Origin: Psammoneis japonica
Taxonomy: Eukaryota
Reading direction: 5' to 3'
Assembly: GCA_008632985.1 (NCBI GenBank)
Contig: QPGO01000114.1
Span: 1 to 64,000, forward strand
DNA: 64,000 nt
Part shown: in pieces, positions 37,069-49,350 of the stretch
Position numbering within the stretch: the first letter of the stretch is position 1
How the letters are laid out: each line of letters opens with the position of its first letter
Notes under the pieces: generated by a model
Seen by the model: only the letters and a program-made list of their open reading frames with translations
Database searches by the model: none
What the model was told of the DNA's origin: nothing
Program-made: the position numbers and the translations under genes

Positions 37069-37941
37069 TTACGGAGCATAGTTTTCTCCTCGCTGTGGCT
37101 TGAGCTCCTCGACAGCAACTGTGAATGCGTTGACAATCGCCATTTGCAACTCTTCCATATCATGATGAAGAGAATCAAAGGGGAAAGCCGCTTGAAATTG
37201 CTCTTCGTTCCCGACAAAGCTCAGTAGCATATGAATCCCTGCAGGACCCACGGCCAATATTCTAGCCTTGTCTACATTGCGCTGCGACGCAAACGTGGCC
37301 AGAGCCTTTACATCGGAGGCATAGTCCTCTTGATCAAGAAGCTTCACCAGATCATTACAGGACTCGGCAATCGAGTAGTCCGGAACTACCCACCAGTTAG
37401 GCAGTGCGACTGGCTCGTTCAGGTGCAATTTGTCTTGAAGTACGTGTTCTAGATCCGTATCTGACTTCGCTTCTGCTGCTTGCTGATCAAGTAGCTGAAT
37501 GTTATCAATCACACACTCCTCCTCTACCTTGTCACACGGATGCGGGAACTGAAGCGGAACCATAAGTGTCACACAGCCATCGTCCTCGCACACGACTGCT
37601 TGAACATCCATGTGATTCGAGTCTATTCCGATAATCTCCACGTGCTCTACATCTTTTAGCTTGAGAGGAGACTCGGAAAAAGCAACAGCTAAGCGAGCCA
37701 ACTGAGACACGTAATCTCCGAACGAGTCCAACAAGGTCGGAGTAGAAGTGCCCAAGTACGAGTCGGAAAAGACTTCATGATGGGACGAAGAGGCAGCAGA
37801 CTCCTCTTCGGCGTATGGGGACCACAAAAACGCAGGTGCAGGAGCACGAAGTCTGCTCCCACTGATTGGAGAAAAGCACAGTACCTCTTTGAATCCATTT
37901 GCCAGCAGCAGGGTAAGCGCCGCTGTCCGTCGCCCCATCAT
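37069..37941 (-). CDS. Uncharacterised, probably plastid-targeted protein (DUF2470-like segments), ~290 aa
   Basis: Intact ORF with normal composition. MMGRRTAALTLLLANGFKEVLC-FSP resembles a signal peptide plus Phe at +1 (diatom ASAFAP-type). GIDSNHMDV...VPLQFPHPC resembles DUF2470. Confidence 0.7.
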   Translation of the reverse strand: MMGRRTAALTLLLANGFKEVLCFSPISGSRLRAPAPAFLWSPYAEEESAASSSHHEVFSDSYLGTSTPTLLDSFGDYVSQLARLAVAFSESPLKLKDVEHVEIIGIDSNHMDVQAVVCEDDGCVTLMVPLQFPHPCDKVEEECVIDNIQLLDQQAAEAKSDTDLEHVLQDKLHLNEPVALPNWWVVPDYSIAESCNDLVKLLDQEDYASDVKALATFASQRNVDKARILAVGPAGIHMLLSFVGNEEQFQAAFPFDSLHHDMEELQMAIVNAFTVAVEELKPQRGENYAP

Positions 37942-39399
37942 TTTCTCCTCCAACGTTTGATGCAAAAGTGCGCCTTTATCACAACCGAACTTATTTTTTC
38001 TGCCAATACAAATAACCTTACTTACGCTATGAACAGTTCCAGAATTTGCAGATTTCCAGATTGGATGGCAGTTGGCGCGAAAAACGAGACCAATCGTTAT
38101 GTATATCTTCATTAACTTATACAAATCAATGTTTCCTTCACTTGAAGTATGTCAAGGTTTCCGCCGACGTCAGCTTTCGTTTCTCATTTATTTCCGGGTC
38201 TGGGAACAAAACTTCGCTCCGACAGGTTGCCGTTGCTCATCCACCAACACGTGCGTTTGCCATGGCGCGGGCGACGACTTTGCGCTACTGTATTTCTTCT
38301 CGTCTGAGCCAACCCAATGAAGCGTAAGCAAATCATTTCATGAAGCGCAAGGTTAACTTTGAGTTGCAGCCGCAAGGATCAAGTGACAAGGCTTGATTGG
38401 CTCAAAGCAATGTAAGTCAGAGGGAACCACCAAGAAGTGGTCACCAAGTCGTACAACGAGAAGGCCCTCATTGGAGGATGTACTACCGAGACAGAAACAC
38501 AATGTCGCCTGCTAATGATACCTACTTTATAGGAGCTTGCAAGATGTCACGGTTGGCTTACGATCGTTCCTGAAGGTGGAACCTCAATTTCAAATGAAAA
38601 CAAGTCGGCATGCACTCCCACGAGACACGCAGCCACCTCTCTCTCTCTCTCTCTCTCGAACGAACGAACGAACATCCCTCGATGGATCGATCGCATTTCG
38701 CCCATTGGTGTGCGAGGACAGGATGCAATGACGACGACTCCATCAAGCACGTGTCATCTTCCAGCTCGTCCCACACACCCCTCATGCGAAACTTTGGTGC
38801 ATCATCCGCGGATCCTTTTGCCATTTCGCCACTGCAGTTCGGCGGATTTTTTCAACAGCTGACTCTTCAGTCATGATCCGTTTGCATGACAACGGACCAG
38901 CAGCAGTTGGGCAAACGCAGCAGTTGTTCCCGCCCGTGGAAAACAGTGCATCAAGCATGAAACAAGAAACGCAACACCAGTGCAAAATGTTTGCGGTCAA
39001 GAATTCAGAACAAGAGGCAGAATCCTCGGCTGAAGAAGAAGAAGACCAGGTCTTCAGATGAAGAGCTCTTTCAATTAAAGCACCCTCATCAAAAGAGCAA
39101 GACTGAGTCGACTCGAGCAATCCTGAAGCAGCAACAACGACACTCCTCCAACTCCATCAGGCATCCTTCTGGCTCCGACAACGATGAACTCATCTTTCTT
39201 CTGTTGCCCGCAGCAACAATGATGTGTCCGCTTTCCAGTTGAGATGACCACGCCACTGCGCAAAGGTCACTCAACGCAAGCAAGCTCCACCCATTGTGAG
39301 TCACAGTCCTTCCACACGTGCACACCACGCTCATGAAGCTGCGGCTGCTCGACACTGCAGCAGGAATCGGGTGAACACTGAAAGCATTGGTTGTTCAAT

Positions 39400-39520
39400 C
39401 CATCAACCCCACAATGGCGTCAAGGATTTCATCACGAGTTTTGTTGCTCTTGTTGCGCTCAAAGGGTGTCTTGCCCAAGACGAGTTCCAAGGTGAGCACG
39501 CCGAGCGACTGCAAATTCCT
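39400..39520 (-). pseudogene. Short protein-kinase fragment (subdomain IX-like)
   Basis: NLQSLGVLTLELVLGKTPFE resembles DlWslGvl.yEl..G..PF. Confidence 0.5.
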
Positions 39521-39929
39521 TGCAGCGAGCATTTGGAGACTTGTTGGTGGTGTTCGACATCGCATTCCAAGACGAGATGGAGGTGGGTCGAATCCTGAAA
39601 GCAACCACAACAATCCAGAATGAGCGGATGATTGAGACTGCATGTTCAATGCAGCAGCAGAAGAGGGGGGTGGGGGACACGACAGGAGTGAGGAAGAAGG
39701 CATTCTGCAACTACACTGCCCTCCACAATGGCTCCGGGACAAACACCAAGTTTCGTAGTTTCGTGACGACGGTGACGACGACACTCACCGACAATGAATT
39801 TCCATTTCCTGCATGGAATTGCGGGTCATTTATGAGCAGCTTTTGTTTGCAGAGTTGCTTGGTGGCAACCGCTTGGTGACGTTGGAGATCGTGCCGCAAG
39901 TGTGGACTTCCCCTTGCCATGGAAACTAA

Positions 39930-40470
39930 GCCGAGCAGGAATCAGAGGACCCCTTTTTCAGTCAAGCTGACTTCATCACACCCAAAGGATGCAATGATCA
40001 CTTGGGTGTGCTTGCCGTGTCTTGCTTTGGTTGTGAAGAACTAGCTGCAATGTACAAAGCCGAGAAAGACGATTGTTCCAAACTCATGTGTCAAACCGTT
40101 TTGTCGGAGTCTTTGCGGAGTGCTTGCACCGACAGATGCGTGTCGATTTGTGGGGTCATGCCAAGGACGAAAAGCTTGACGAGGTGGACTTGTTGAAGAT
40201 CACACACGACGGGATTGTCCTGCTCCAGGACACCAGTCACAACAGGATCACACGGAAAACACAACAATGTGGAACACGATTAAGGCGAAGGAGTTGGCGG
40301 GCATTGAATTGAGCGAATCTCTCAGCATGATGCAAGCAAGTCCTGTGTCGGCCTTAGCATTTGCCCACCCTGAATCTCAGTGCTTTGCGGTAGGACAGGT
40401 TTTGGCAAGGATCAAGTCGAAAGCCACTCAAAGAGGAAGGGTCTTGAGCTCGGCGTTACCGAAAGATGGC
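39930..40470 (+). pseudogene. METH: Fragment of cobalamin-dependent methionine synthase (C-terminal activation domain), frameshifted
   Basis: SQADFI...HLGVLAVSCFG...DDCSKLM; FAECLHRQMRVDLWGH; HDGI.PAPGHQSQQDHTE; GIELSESLSMMQASPVSAL.FAHPESQCFAVG; GKDQVESH. These correspond to MetH DDYS, LWGY, GIRPAPGYPSQPDHTEK, LTES.AM.PA..VS and YFAVG. Confidence 0.9.
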
Positions 40471-40499
40471 TGTCTCCAGCATTGAACTACCGGGTGCGA

Positions 40500-42417
40500 A
40501 CGTGCTACAGTAGACTGCGCAGAAAATAGACTTGTGAACACATTCTTTGAACTCTTCATCTGTTTGATGCTGTCCATCATGCTCGACTCAAGGAAACGCC
40601 AGAATGCATTTTCTAAAAATGCAAGCTGTGCGAATGTTGTGTTCGTGAATCCGACAAAGCATGAAAGCATGGCAGCCACCAATTTGGCGTTCATCTTCGG
40701 GAGCCAGAACAGTCTTCAAAGAACAATGGGAACACTCACAGACTTTCCTGCGTGCAATTTGCAACAGAGATTGGTTCCCTCAATGCACTCCTCTTGATTG
40801 ATGTCTTCGGTGTCACCATTGTCATGTTCAGCGTGATGCATGGGCGATCCAGGTGGCTTCGTTCTTCGTCATGCATTTGACGACACCATCACAAGAAACT
40901 TTTTTGAAGCACTTGGAAAATGGGACATTCGCCATGGGTTTCTCATCCGTGTCTTTGGCTGGCATCTTGACCACCGCCATTCTCGGAACCATCAGGAGCA
41001 GAGAGTGAAGTCTCCGTCTTCGCCGAGTCGGGTTTCTGAATCGGGTTTTTGGCTGGCATCTTGCCACCGCCATTTTTGGAAACGTCAGGGGCAGAGAGTA
41101 AAGTCTCCGTCTTCACCGAGTCGGATTTCTGAATCGGGTTTTTGGCTGGCATCTTGCCACCGCCATTCTCGGAACCGTCAGGAGTGGAGAGCAAAGTCTC
41201 CGTCTTCGCCGACTCGGGTCTCTGAATCGGGTTTTTGGCTGGCATCTTGCCACCGGAACCGTCAGGAGTGGAGAGCAAAGTCTCCGTCTTTGCCATGGGT
41301 TTCTCATCCGTGTCTTTGGCTGGCATCTTGCCACTGCCATTCTTGGAACCGTCAGGAGCAGAGAGCAAAGTCTCCGTCTTTGCCATGGGTTTCTCATCCG
41401 TGTCTTTGGCTGACATCTTGCCACCGCCATTCTCGGAACCGTCAGGAGTGGAGAGCAAAGTCTCCATCTTTGCCGAGTCGGGTTTCTGATTCGGGTCTTT
41501 GGCTGACATCTTGCCACCGCCATTCTCGGAACCGTCAGGAGCAGAGAGCAAAGTCTCTGTCTTCGCCATGGGTTTCTCATCCGTGTTTTTGGCTGGCATC
41601 TTGCCGCCACCATTCTCGGAACCGTCAGGAGCAGAGAGTGAAGTCTCCGTCTTTGCCATGGGTTTCTCATCTGTGCTTTTGGCTGACATCTTGCCACCGC
41701 CATTCTCGGAACCGTCAGGAGCAGAGAGCAAAGTCTCCGTCTTCGCCGAGTGGGTTTTTGATTCGGGTCTTTGGCTGACATCTTGCCACCACCATTCTTG
41801 GAACCGTCAGGAGCAGAGAGTGAAGTCTCCGTCTTCGCCATGGGTTTCTCATCCGTGTTTTTGGCTGACATCTTGCCACCGCCATTCTCGGAACCGTCAG
41901 GAGCAGAGAGCAAAGTCTCCATCTTCGCCGAGTCGGGTTTTTGATTTGGGTCTTTGGCTGGAGTCTCGCCACCGCTGTTCTCGGAACCGTCAGGAGTGGA
42001 GAGCAAAGTCTCCGTCTTTGCCATGGGTTTCTCATCCGTGTCTGTGGCAGGCATCTTGCCACCGCCATTCTCGGAACCGTCAGGAGCAGAGAGCAAAGTC
42101 TCCATCTTTGCCATGGGTTTCTCATCCGTGTCTTTGGCTGACATCTTGCCACTGCCATTCTCGGAACCGTCAGGAGTGGACAGCAAAGTCTCCGTCTTCG
42201 CCAAGTCGGGTTTCTGATTGGGGTCTTTGGCTGGAGTCTCGCCACCACCATTCTCGGGACCGTCAGGACTGGAGAGCAGTCCACACTCACTCGGGCTTGG
42301 AGGAGGAGAAGGAGAAGTCACCGTCTTCATCGAATCGTGAGTTCCATTCAGCGATGCTTCCGATGACGTGTCCTTCGCACGCTTTGATGCATCAGGGTTT
42401 CGATTTTCACTGCCCAA
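40500..42417 (-). pseudogene. Decayed gene with coding tandem repeats and a Tudor-like segment
   Basis: ORFs 41113-42417 and 40943-41731 (frameshift near 41755) encode ETLLSAPDGSENGGGKM repeats. Downstream FSKCFKKVSCDGVVK...EHDNGDTEDINQEE resembles K.F....y.G.V...YeDGD.Ed Tudor-like domains. Confidence 0.5.
40930..42282. repeat. Tandem array of 15 units of mostly 90/93 bp (two subtypes)
   Basis: ggaaccgtcagga core at ~40985, 41078, 41171, 41254, 41345, 41435, 41528, 41618, 41708, 41800, 41890, 41983, 42073, 42163 and 42256. Confidence 0.95.
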
Positions 42418-43295
42418 CGCAGGACCTTTCTTGGCTTCAGAGAGGCCCTGTCTGATGTGGCTGCCTCCATCCGGTCCATGCAGTGGAGAGAGGTGAAAAA
42501 AAGCAATGAACGAGTTAGGAAGATGATGCGGAAAGAAAAGGAGTGGAGATTGTTTGACTCACAATGGGATGAACGGACGATTTTTTGACATGATCTTCGG
42601 ATCCGGTCTGCATTGCATGGAGACGAGAATGCAAGCATTGAAAGAATGAGAAACATGACACAAAGAGAAAAGGAGTGGACGTGATTTTTGTTGAAAAGTC
42701 CGTCACTCACGATGGGATGGATTCACGAATTTCCGTCGAGACCGGCGCCTTGTTGTTTTCTTCGTGTGAAAGCTTCATTGCAGTGAGATGCAGTCTCTTG
42801 TGCAATGGGGTGCACAAAGATGTCGGAGGTTGGCAGCAACATCAACAGCAACAGAGACAAACAGACTTGTCAAAGTCATTCTCTTGAGATTGTGGCAAAA
42901 GTTCGTTGGTGATTTTGAAAAAGCAACTTGTTTTCGGCTAAATGAATCAACGAGTCTGGGTTGTGGTCGTGTTCTGTCTGCAACCAAATGGCGTTGAATC
43001 GTGACTGTCATGACCCAACAAGAGTTCTTGCAAATCACATGGGAAATGTTGCAAGACTGAAGCCTGTGCAATGGAAAGGAAAATTGTGACCTGCTTTTCG
43101 AGGAGTCGAGGCGCATTGCGTCAATCAGAGGTCCGCAACATGACTGGCTGAGACGACGTGTCGAAATGCTGCGAAGAGGGAACAATGAGGAAGAGCTCAA
43201 TCGGTTGGCAGTCGAGTTGATGGGCTTGTCACATGAATCCGGAGTCCCCTGCGCCAGAGTGCATGACTCCTCGAACTTCGTAAGACGAGTTTACA

Positions 43296-43470
43296 GTGAG
43301 TGGTCCCGACGATGTCCCCGCAGCTCACCCCGAAGTCATTGATCTCACGGGAACCGACAACAAAGTCATTGATCTCACCGAAGCCGACAACGAGGTTGCT
43401 GATCTCACCGAAAGCGATGACCAAGAGGATGAAAGAGAACAAGAAGCGACGGAAACCAGACAAATGACAT
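43296..43470 (+). pseudogene. Coding fragment with three tandem SUMO-interacting-like motifs
   Basis: VIDLT, VIDLT and VADLT at 30-bp spacing, followed by an acidic tract. Confidence 0.4.
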
Positions 43471-44949
43471 CAGTTCTCTCCACTGGAGTGTTTGTTGCAA
43501 TCTGTGCCAACTTTCATTGTGGACAGTTTTTGTTGTGTGGAGTGGCGGTTTTACATCCTTTTTGCCATGCGAAGTGGGCTCTCTTGTGCTCCAATGTCAT
43601 TGCGCATTCCGTGGCGTCTGGCAACAACTGTCAGGACCGGGGTTTTACACCGGTGTTGCAGCCGACCACCCGAGTCCAAAATTGGTTGACATGAGTGTTC
43701 ATCATTTGTCATTCCATCCGGATCTCTAGGGCCGCTGCCAGTTTGAATGCCTTGGCCGGGACACAAACATCTCTGTGGGATCTAGGCCATTGCAGAGAGA
43801 TCTGAGCAGCAGCCACAGCCAACATTGGCCATTGTAGATCATCAGCGATGAGGTTGAGAGTTCAAGTCATTGGAATCGGTGGCCACTCCATCCCCGTCGA
43901 TCCACATTGTCACCGTCGTGCTCAGTCATTTGATCCAGTGGGTCAATGGTCCACTCTTGGTCTGACTCAATGCTTTCACTGTCACGGACCGGATTGACAA
44001 ATTCACCTTCCTCTGTCCCTTTGCCTGATCTCCAACCTGCGCCACTCTCGTCAGACAAGGATCCGCCTTCAACCGGTGGACGACCTTTTTCTTTTCCACC
44101 AAAACTAAAAAAATGTTGCTTCCGTGAAATAAAAGTTCAATGAAAAGTGCTTGCGAGGACATCACTGTTGGACAAGGGGCATTCGATGCCTTCGTGGTGG
44201 TGATTCAAGACGCACCTTTTTTGTTTTCGACCAACGTGCTCCTGGGTTTTGCCCGTCTGCTGATGAGCGGTCGCTGCGGTGAAGTTGTCGAACCACCAGC
44301 AGCATTGCAACTGCCACGACAGACAAGACTGTCGCTGCAACATGCAGTGCCCAATCAATGTTGCCCTTTCCACCACCTTTGCTGCAGACCGGCGCTGTGA
44401 AGGAATCAATGTCTTTGGAAAGCTCTTGAATGTATGAGCCGTGCTGTTCTTTCAGGGACAGCTCAATCGCCATTTTTCAATGCGTTGAAAGCATCGATTG
44501 TTTCTCCCTGGACTCTGATCTTGACATGCAGAGCCGCTTGGGACAGGTGTCGGAACGACAAGTGCACAATGCCATCACTTTCACTGTCTGGCTCATGCAG
44601 AAACTGCGAAACGACAAGAACGTCGTGAATGACGTGTGCCTCCACCGGCAACTGCCGGTTCAAGACGGTCTTGGCAGCATGGTCAAAAGCTGCCTTGTCG
44701 GTTGAATCAGTCAGCTTTGTAAGAATGTCCGCAAAGAGGAGTGTCAAGTCGACAGATGCCTCATGAAATTCTGCAGAATTGGCTTTGGTTGGGCTGGGAA
44801 TGCTTTGCTTGGGATGGAGCGGGTGTCAAGGGGGCTGTTGAAATTGTTGTTTGGTGGGTGAAGACGGATGCAGGCTGGGTGCTGCAGATGGATTCGACAA
44901 ATGGCCTTCCTCACTGGCGCTTGGTGCTGAAGAAACAGTCTCAACTCCA

Positions 44950-45990
44950 GAAGGCGCGTTTGAAGAACCCGCAGTGTGCATGATGCTGACGGTTGGTTGA
45001 GGATTGGCAGATGGAAAAGCACTTGGTGAAAGCTCATCGTCGGAGAAGCACTGAATGATGGAAAACCACTGGGTGCCGGGCTGCTCGATGGAGCTTGTGT
45101 TGCGACATGGTTGCCTGCCCACAGCATCCATTTTGTCGACCCAATTGCGTTGGAGGGCGCCACACATGTGAGACACTGGCCATTGGCTTTGCTTTTTCTC
45201 CCAAAAACAGGTTCGTAACATCCAACAGGACAAGCAATGCCCTCACACCCACAGCGATTCGGTTCAAGCCCAATGATGCTGAGCACAGCACACAATGCCG
45301 GCAGAATTTCACCCACAAGACCAACGCCCAAGACTCGGAGAACTTCCAACGGAAATGCACCGAAGCATTGAGGAATCTCGCCATTGATGGATGTGTTTCC
45401 CGAAATGTCAAATGCAAGGAGCTTCGTTGGTTCAGGAATGAGAGAACGTCGGGAATTGAACCGGAGAAGTTGCTTGCTGCCGATTCCAGATGAGTTCTTG
45501 CTCCCAGGATGAGGTCGGAAGGATCCCTGAAAGCCTCTTGTTAGAAAGATCAATGCTGGTGATAAAACTGTTTGCATCACAGACAACACCTGTGAAATCA
45601 CAGCAATTGTCAATGGCGGGCCATTTGTGAAAGCTCTTAGACTGGTGGTGTCCCACATTGTTGGAGTCATCAAGGGCATTTGGGGCCTCAATTTGGTCGA
45701 GTTCCTCGGGAGTCCAGGTTGCAGTCGTCGTGGGTGCCAGAAGACTCTGTGCTGCACTCGGCATCAGAGCTTGCGGGAGTGGCAGTGGCTCGCACACATC
45801 ACCTTCGCAGCAGACTGCTGAAAGCAAGCCGGCCTCAACCTCAGTCAAATTGGCATCAACCAAGGGGTCAGCAGGCGGTGCAATTGGGGCATGTTCCGAA
45901 AATGTGCCATGCCAACATCCAGTGGGATCATCCATCCATTCTGTTGTCTGTGGCTTCGCGAAGCGCAGATCCGCCTTTTCCATGTCTCAA
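44950..45990 (-). pseudogene. Decayed leucine-rich-repeat receptor-like gene
   Basis: CDFTGVVCDANSFITSIDLSNKRLSGILP; FDISGNTSINGEIP; GLVGEILPALC; GCEGIACPVGCY. Frameshifted. Confidence 0.7.
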
Positions 45991-46986
45991 GAGAATTCCC
46001 ATGACTTTGATTGCACCAGGCCTGCCGAGTGTCAGGGCATTTCAGCTTGAATGCATTCAGTCTGGTGCTTCTAATCCGGGTCTGACTACAAGCACTTCCA
46101 CCATGTTGAGCGTGCGCGTTGGAGGGAGTTTTTCCAAATCAAACTGTCGCAGAAGTCTACGTCTTTTTCGCACTGTGCTGACCAGTCGAATCATCATTCA
46201 GCAATTGCAGCAAACCACCAAAATGGCATGGGTTCAATCGCTGAGAGCCTGTTGACTGCTGCATCGTTCTTCCACCTGAGTGAACGAGGCGCAGATGTCA
46301 TCAGTGAAGTCCGTGCGGGTGCTGCTTCCTTTCTGATGCTGAGCTGTCGGCTCTGTTGCTGGCACACCTGCGGATTGTGGCTGAAGCTGGTGTTGATCAC
46401 GATGACGCAGTCTTTTGCTGTGGCACTTTCGGCTGGAGCCGCTTGTTTTACTTTTGGATTTTTAGGAACCTCCCCTTTGCCTTTGTGCTCCGGGAATTGG
46501 TCTCAGCGCTTTTCTAACTTGTGGACTGGTCCAAACCAATGACTTCACACTTGAACAGGCACATGATCAATTTGGCAGTGGTCGGGAATTCTCCTTGCGA
46601 CAACTGCTCTTGTGGGCATCACTGATGAAAATTTGTCCCAGAAGCGATCAAGCACGCAAGCGTTGTTGACTTGATTGGCGTTGCAGCAATGCCTCGAACG
46701 ATTCTAGCCGTGTGCAGCATGAAATCGAAGATGACAGCGTTGGCGATGAGGAACTTTGTGACTGTGACGGCCACAACGATGTCTGGGCCATGCCGAACAA
46801 GGACGGCAAGTCGAGCAAAGATGACAACAGGGTGAGTGAGTCAGCTGCTGTGACTGTCAGACACGACAAAGAGAGCAACACAAATGCTCAGGAAATCAAG
46901 AGAAAAGAGCTCAAGCTGGGCTTCGATCATTCCCCAAAGCCGGATGATGTGACCCCGGACTCTCCTGCTGCCCGTTTTGCTGCTTT

Positions 46987-47634
46987 GGTTGGCACTCCAT
47001 GGGGCCAGTGACGCATTGACATTAGATCGGGAAATTGCATTGAAAAGCATCAAGTGGGATTGGCAATCACTCAAGTCTTCCCCAGATCAATTCAAGTGTC
47101 AAACAGGACAAATTCAGGTTTGTGGATGACTCCTGGAAGACGAATCGACTCATTGTGCTAGAAGCAGTGAAATGGCATTGGAAATTTGCTTCACAGCGCT
47201 TCGCATCCAGTGAGGGCTGACCACGAGATTGTCTTGGAGGCAGTCAAATTGAACAGGATGCATTTGGCGTGCGCCTCAACAGAACTTTGGGCCAGTGCTG
47301 ACATTGTTGTGGAAGGGGTCCGTCAAAATGTGAAAGCTTTTGAGTTTGCTGCGGAGCATCTGAGAGGCAGCCGAGATGTTGTTTTGTCTTCTGTCAAGCA
47401 TGTCCTCGGTCCAGCTTGCCTTGACCCTCATGTGCTTGCCTCCACCATGCGGACGTCCAAACACTTCACACTTCCCAAAGAAACCGAAAGACTGATTTCG
47501 ACTGTCACTGCTGGCATCTGGTGGCAGCATCATGATCGAGATGGGGTTGGAGCCTTCACTTTCTGCTGTGCAGCCAAAGCAGACAAAGAAACCGCTGCAC
47601 AAAACTGCATGGAACGAGTGTGGAAGCATGACCT
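46987..47634 (+). pseudogene. Hypermutated partial copy of the DUF4116-repeat gene (homologous to 62192-62885)
   Basis: Direct nucleotide alignment, e.g. tgagggctgaccacgagattgtcttggaggcagtcaaattgaac is identical in both. Two internal deletions. Confidence 0.95.
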
Positions 47635-47635
47635 T

Positions 47636-47937
47636 GGGAAGCCATCTCATTGCCAAAGCAGGGAGGGACTCGAACATGCAGCACATGCACAACAAACACT
47701 TTGGTGAAGGAAGAAATGGCACAGCACATTTTGGATGAAAATCCTTTCATGAATCTTTTTCTTGTCAAGTCTGGTGTGTGCCCACCTGGACTTCAAAGGG
47801 CAGGACTCGATGGTGTTGAAAGAACAATGGTGCGGAGGTTTGAGTCCAAGTGATGAGGCAGCAGACCCCATGGAATTTTTCATTGCTTTTCATCACCAAG
47901 TTCCGCAAGACCTGGCTTCCTTGCCTTGACAATGCTT
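47636..47937 (+). pseudogene. Hypermutated C-terminal fragment of an NSUN/Nop2-family RNA m5C methyltransferase (homologous to 52632-52892)
   Basis: GGTRTCSTCTTN..EE vs EGTLTYSTCTIN..ENEE; aligns at nucleotide level to the 52.6-kb copy. Confidence 0.85.
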
Positions 47938-48005
47938 CAGTTTTTATGCCAAACAAGAACTGGCACATTGTGCTGCTGGAAGATGTCAACCTGCACAATT
48001 CTTCC

Positions 48006-49350
48006 ATGGAGCATTCGGTGGTGACTCGGTCTCAGTGGACCCATCGCAACGCACTCATGGCTGGAATCATTGTGGTGGTTTTGTGTGTCATCATCATCAC
48101 CATTGCTGTCTTGGTTCCGGGTGGTTCTTTGAATGGCAACAGAGCCGCGCTCACAGACAATGGTGTGCTCAAGGTGGAGCTGATCAATGCGCATGATCAC
48201 TCCGATTTTCACTCACTTGACAAGAATCAACTCGATGTGAAGGATTCTCCGCAGAACAAGGCGTTTGAATGGCTTCGCTGGCATCCCAAGCACAATTCGT
48301 TGACGCACGCGAAAAAGTTGCAACTGTTTGCTCTGGCTGCTTTTTGCTGCTCGACGAACGGTGTCAAAATGGCACACAGCAAAGATGGGCCCTCCTGGAA
48401 GAATGCTCGTGATTGGCTCTTGTGCAATGAAACCAAGTGCATTTGGCCAGGATTGTTGTGCAACGACGAGGAAGAAATTGCCAAGATTTCTCTACAAGAC
48501 AATGACTTGATGAGACGATTTCCACCCGAAATGATTTGGTTGACTGAGTTGAAGTGCATCGATGTCACCACCAACAAGTTGTGTTTGGAAGGACCCAACG
48601 CACTCAATGTGCTGGGTGTTTTCAAAAACTTGCATGCCCTTCAAGCCGATGACAACTGCATTGTCACCAATGGTGGTTTGCCTGAGAGTTTGGGAAACTT
48701 GGTTGAGCTAAAAAAGTTAGTCTCATCATGCAACCTCATGTCGGGACCACTCAACAATGGCGTTCTGGAAAACTTGGGCAAACTGACGCACTCGGAAATC
48801 GAGTCCAACTTTTTGACGGGAGCCTTTCCGGCCATGATGGGAGAGTGGGACAATTTGGGTGAGTTTTTTGTTTTTGGTTTCTGTTGAAATTGCCATGGGT
48901 TTCATGCTGAACAAGAGCCAATGCATTGCACCGTTCTACTCTCACCACAGTTTGTCTCTGCATGAGGCAAAACGCCCTCACCATGGATTTGAGTTGGTTA
49001 AAAACGCATGAGATGGGGAATCTCTTTGCACTTTGGTTGGGTTCCAGCAATGTCAAAGGAGGAATTCCCACCAAAATTGGACAATTGACGGAATTGGCAT
49101 CCCCTTTGCTTGCCCATGTGGGTTTGGGTGGGGTGTTGCTGTCCAAGATTGGCAATTTGACGGGTTTGCGGCATTTCTGGATTTACACCAATGGCATTGG
49201 CAGAACCGTTCCCAAGGAAATTGGGATTTGAAGCAATTGGAGAATTTTGAAACCCATGACAATGCATTTTGACAAAAAAAATCGCTCACTGCGGATTGCA
49301 AAGAGGCGACGTGTCCCACGGACACGTGCTGCACAGAGTGTTGGCAAACT
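48006..49350 (+). pseudogene. Decayed diatom-type transmembrane LRR protein gene
   Basis: TM helix, SPQNKAFEWL, LQLFALAAFCCSTNG..W (from ALA.fYYsTnG), C.WPGLLC, LRRs (LPESLGNLVELKKL, IPTKIGQLTEL). Probable intron near 48860-48950; later stops. Confidence 0.75.

Noticed and set aside
37942..38124. N-terminal extension of ORF 37069-38124
   Set aside because: It starts at a non-ATG codon; the signal-peptide-like sequence begins at the ATG at 37941.
40930..42282. CRISPR-like array
   Set aside because: Units are contiguous 90/93-bp in-frame repeats with no unique spacers, no cas genes, and a eukaryotic context.
40840..42455. Plus-strand ORFs 40840-41778 and 41499-42455 as real proteins
   Set aside because: They are antisense shadows of a stop-poor repeat; the minus strand gives the more protein-like reading and links to a Tudor-like segment.
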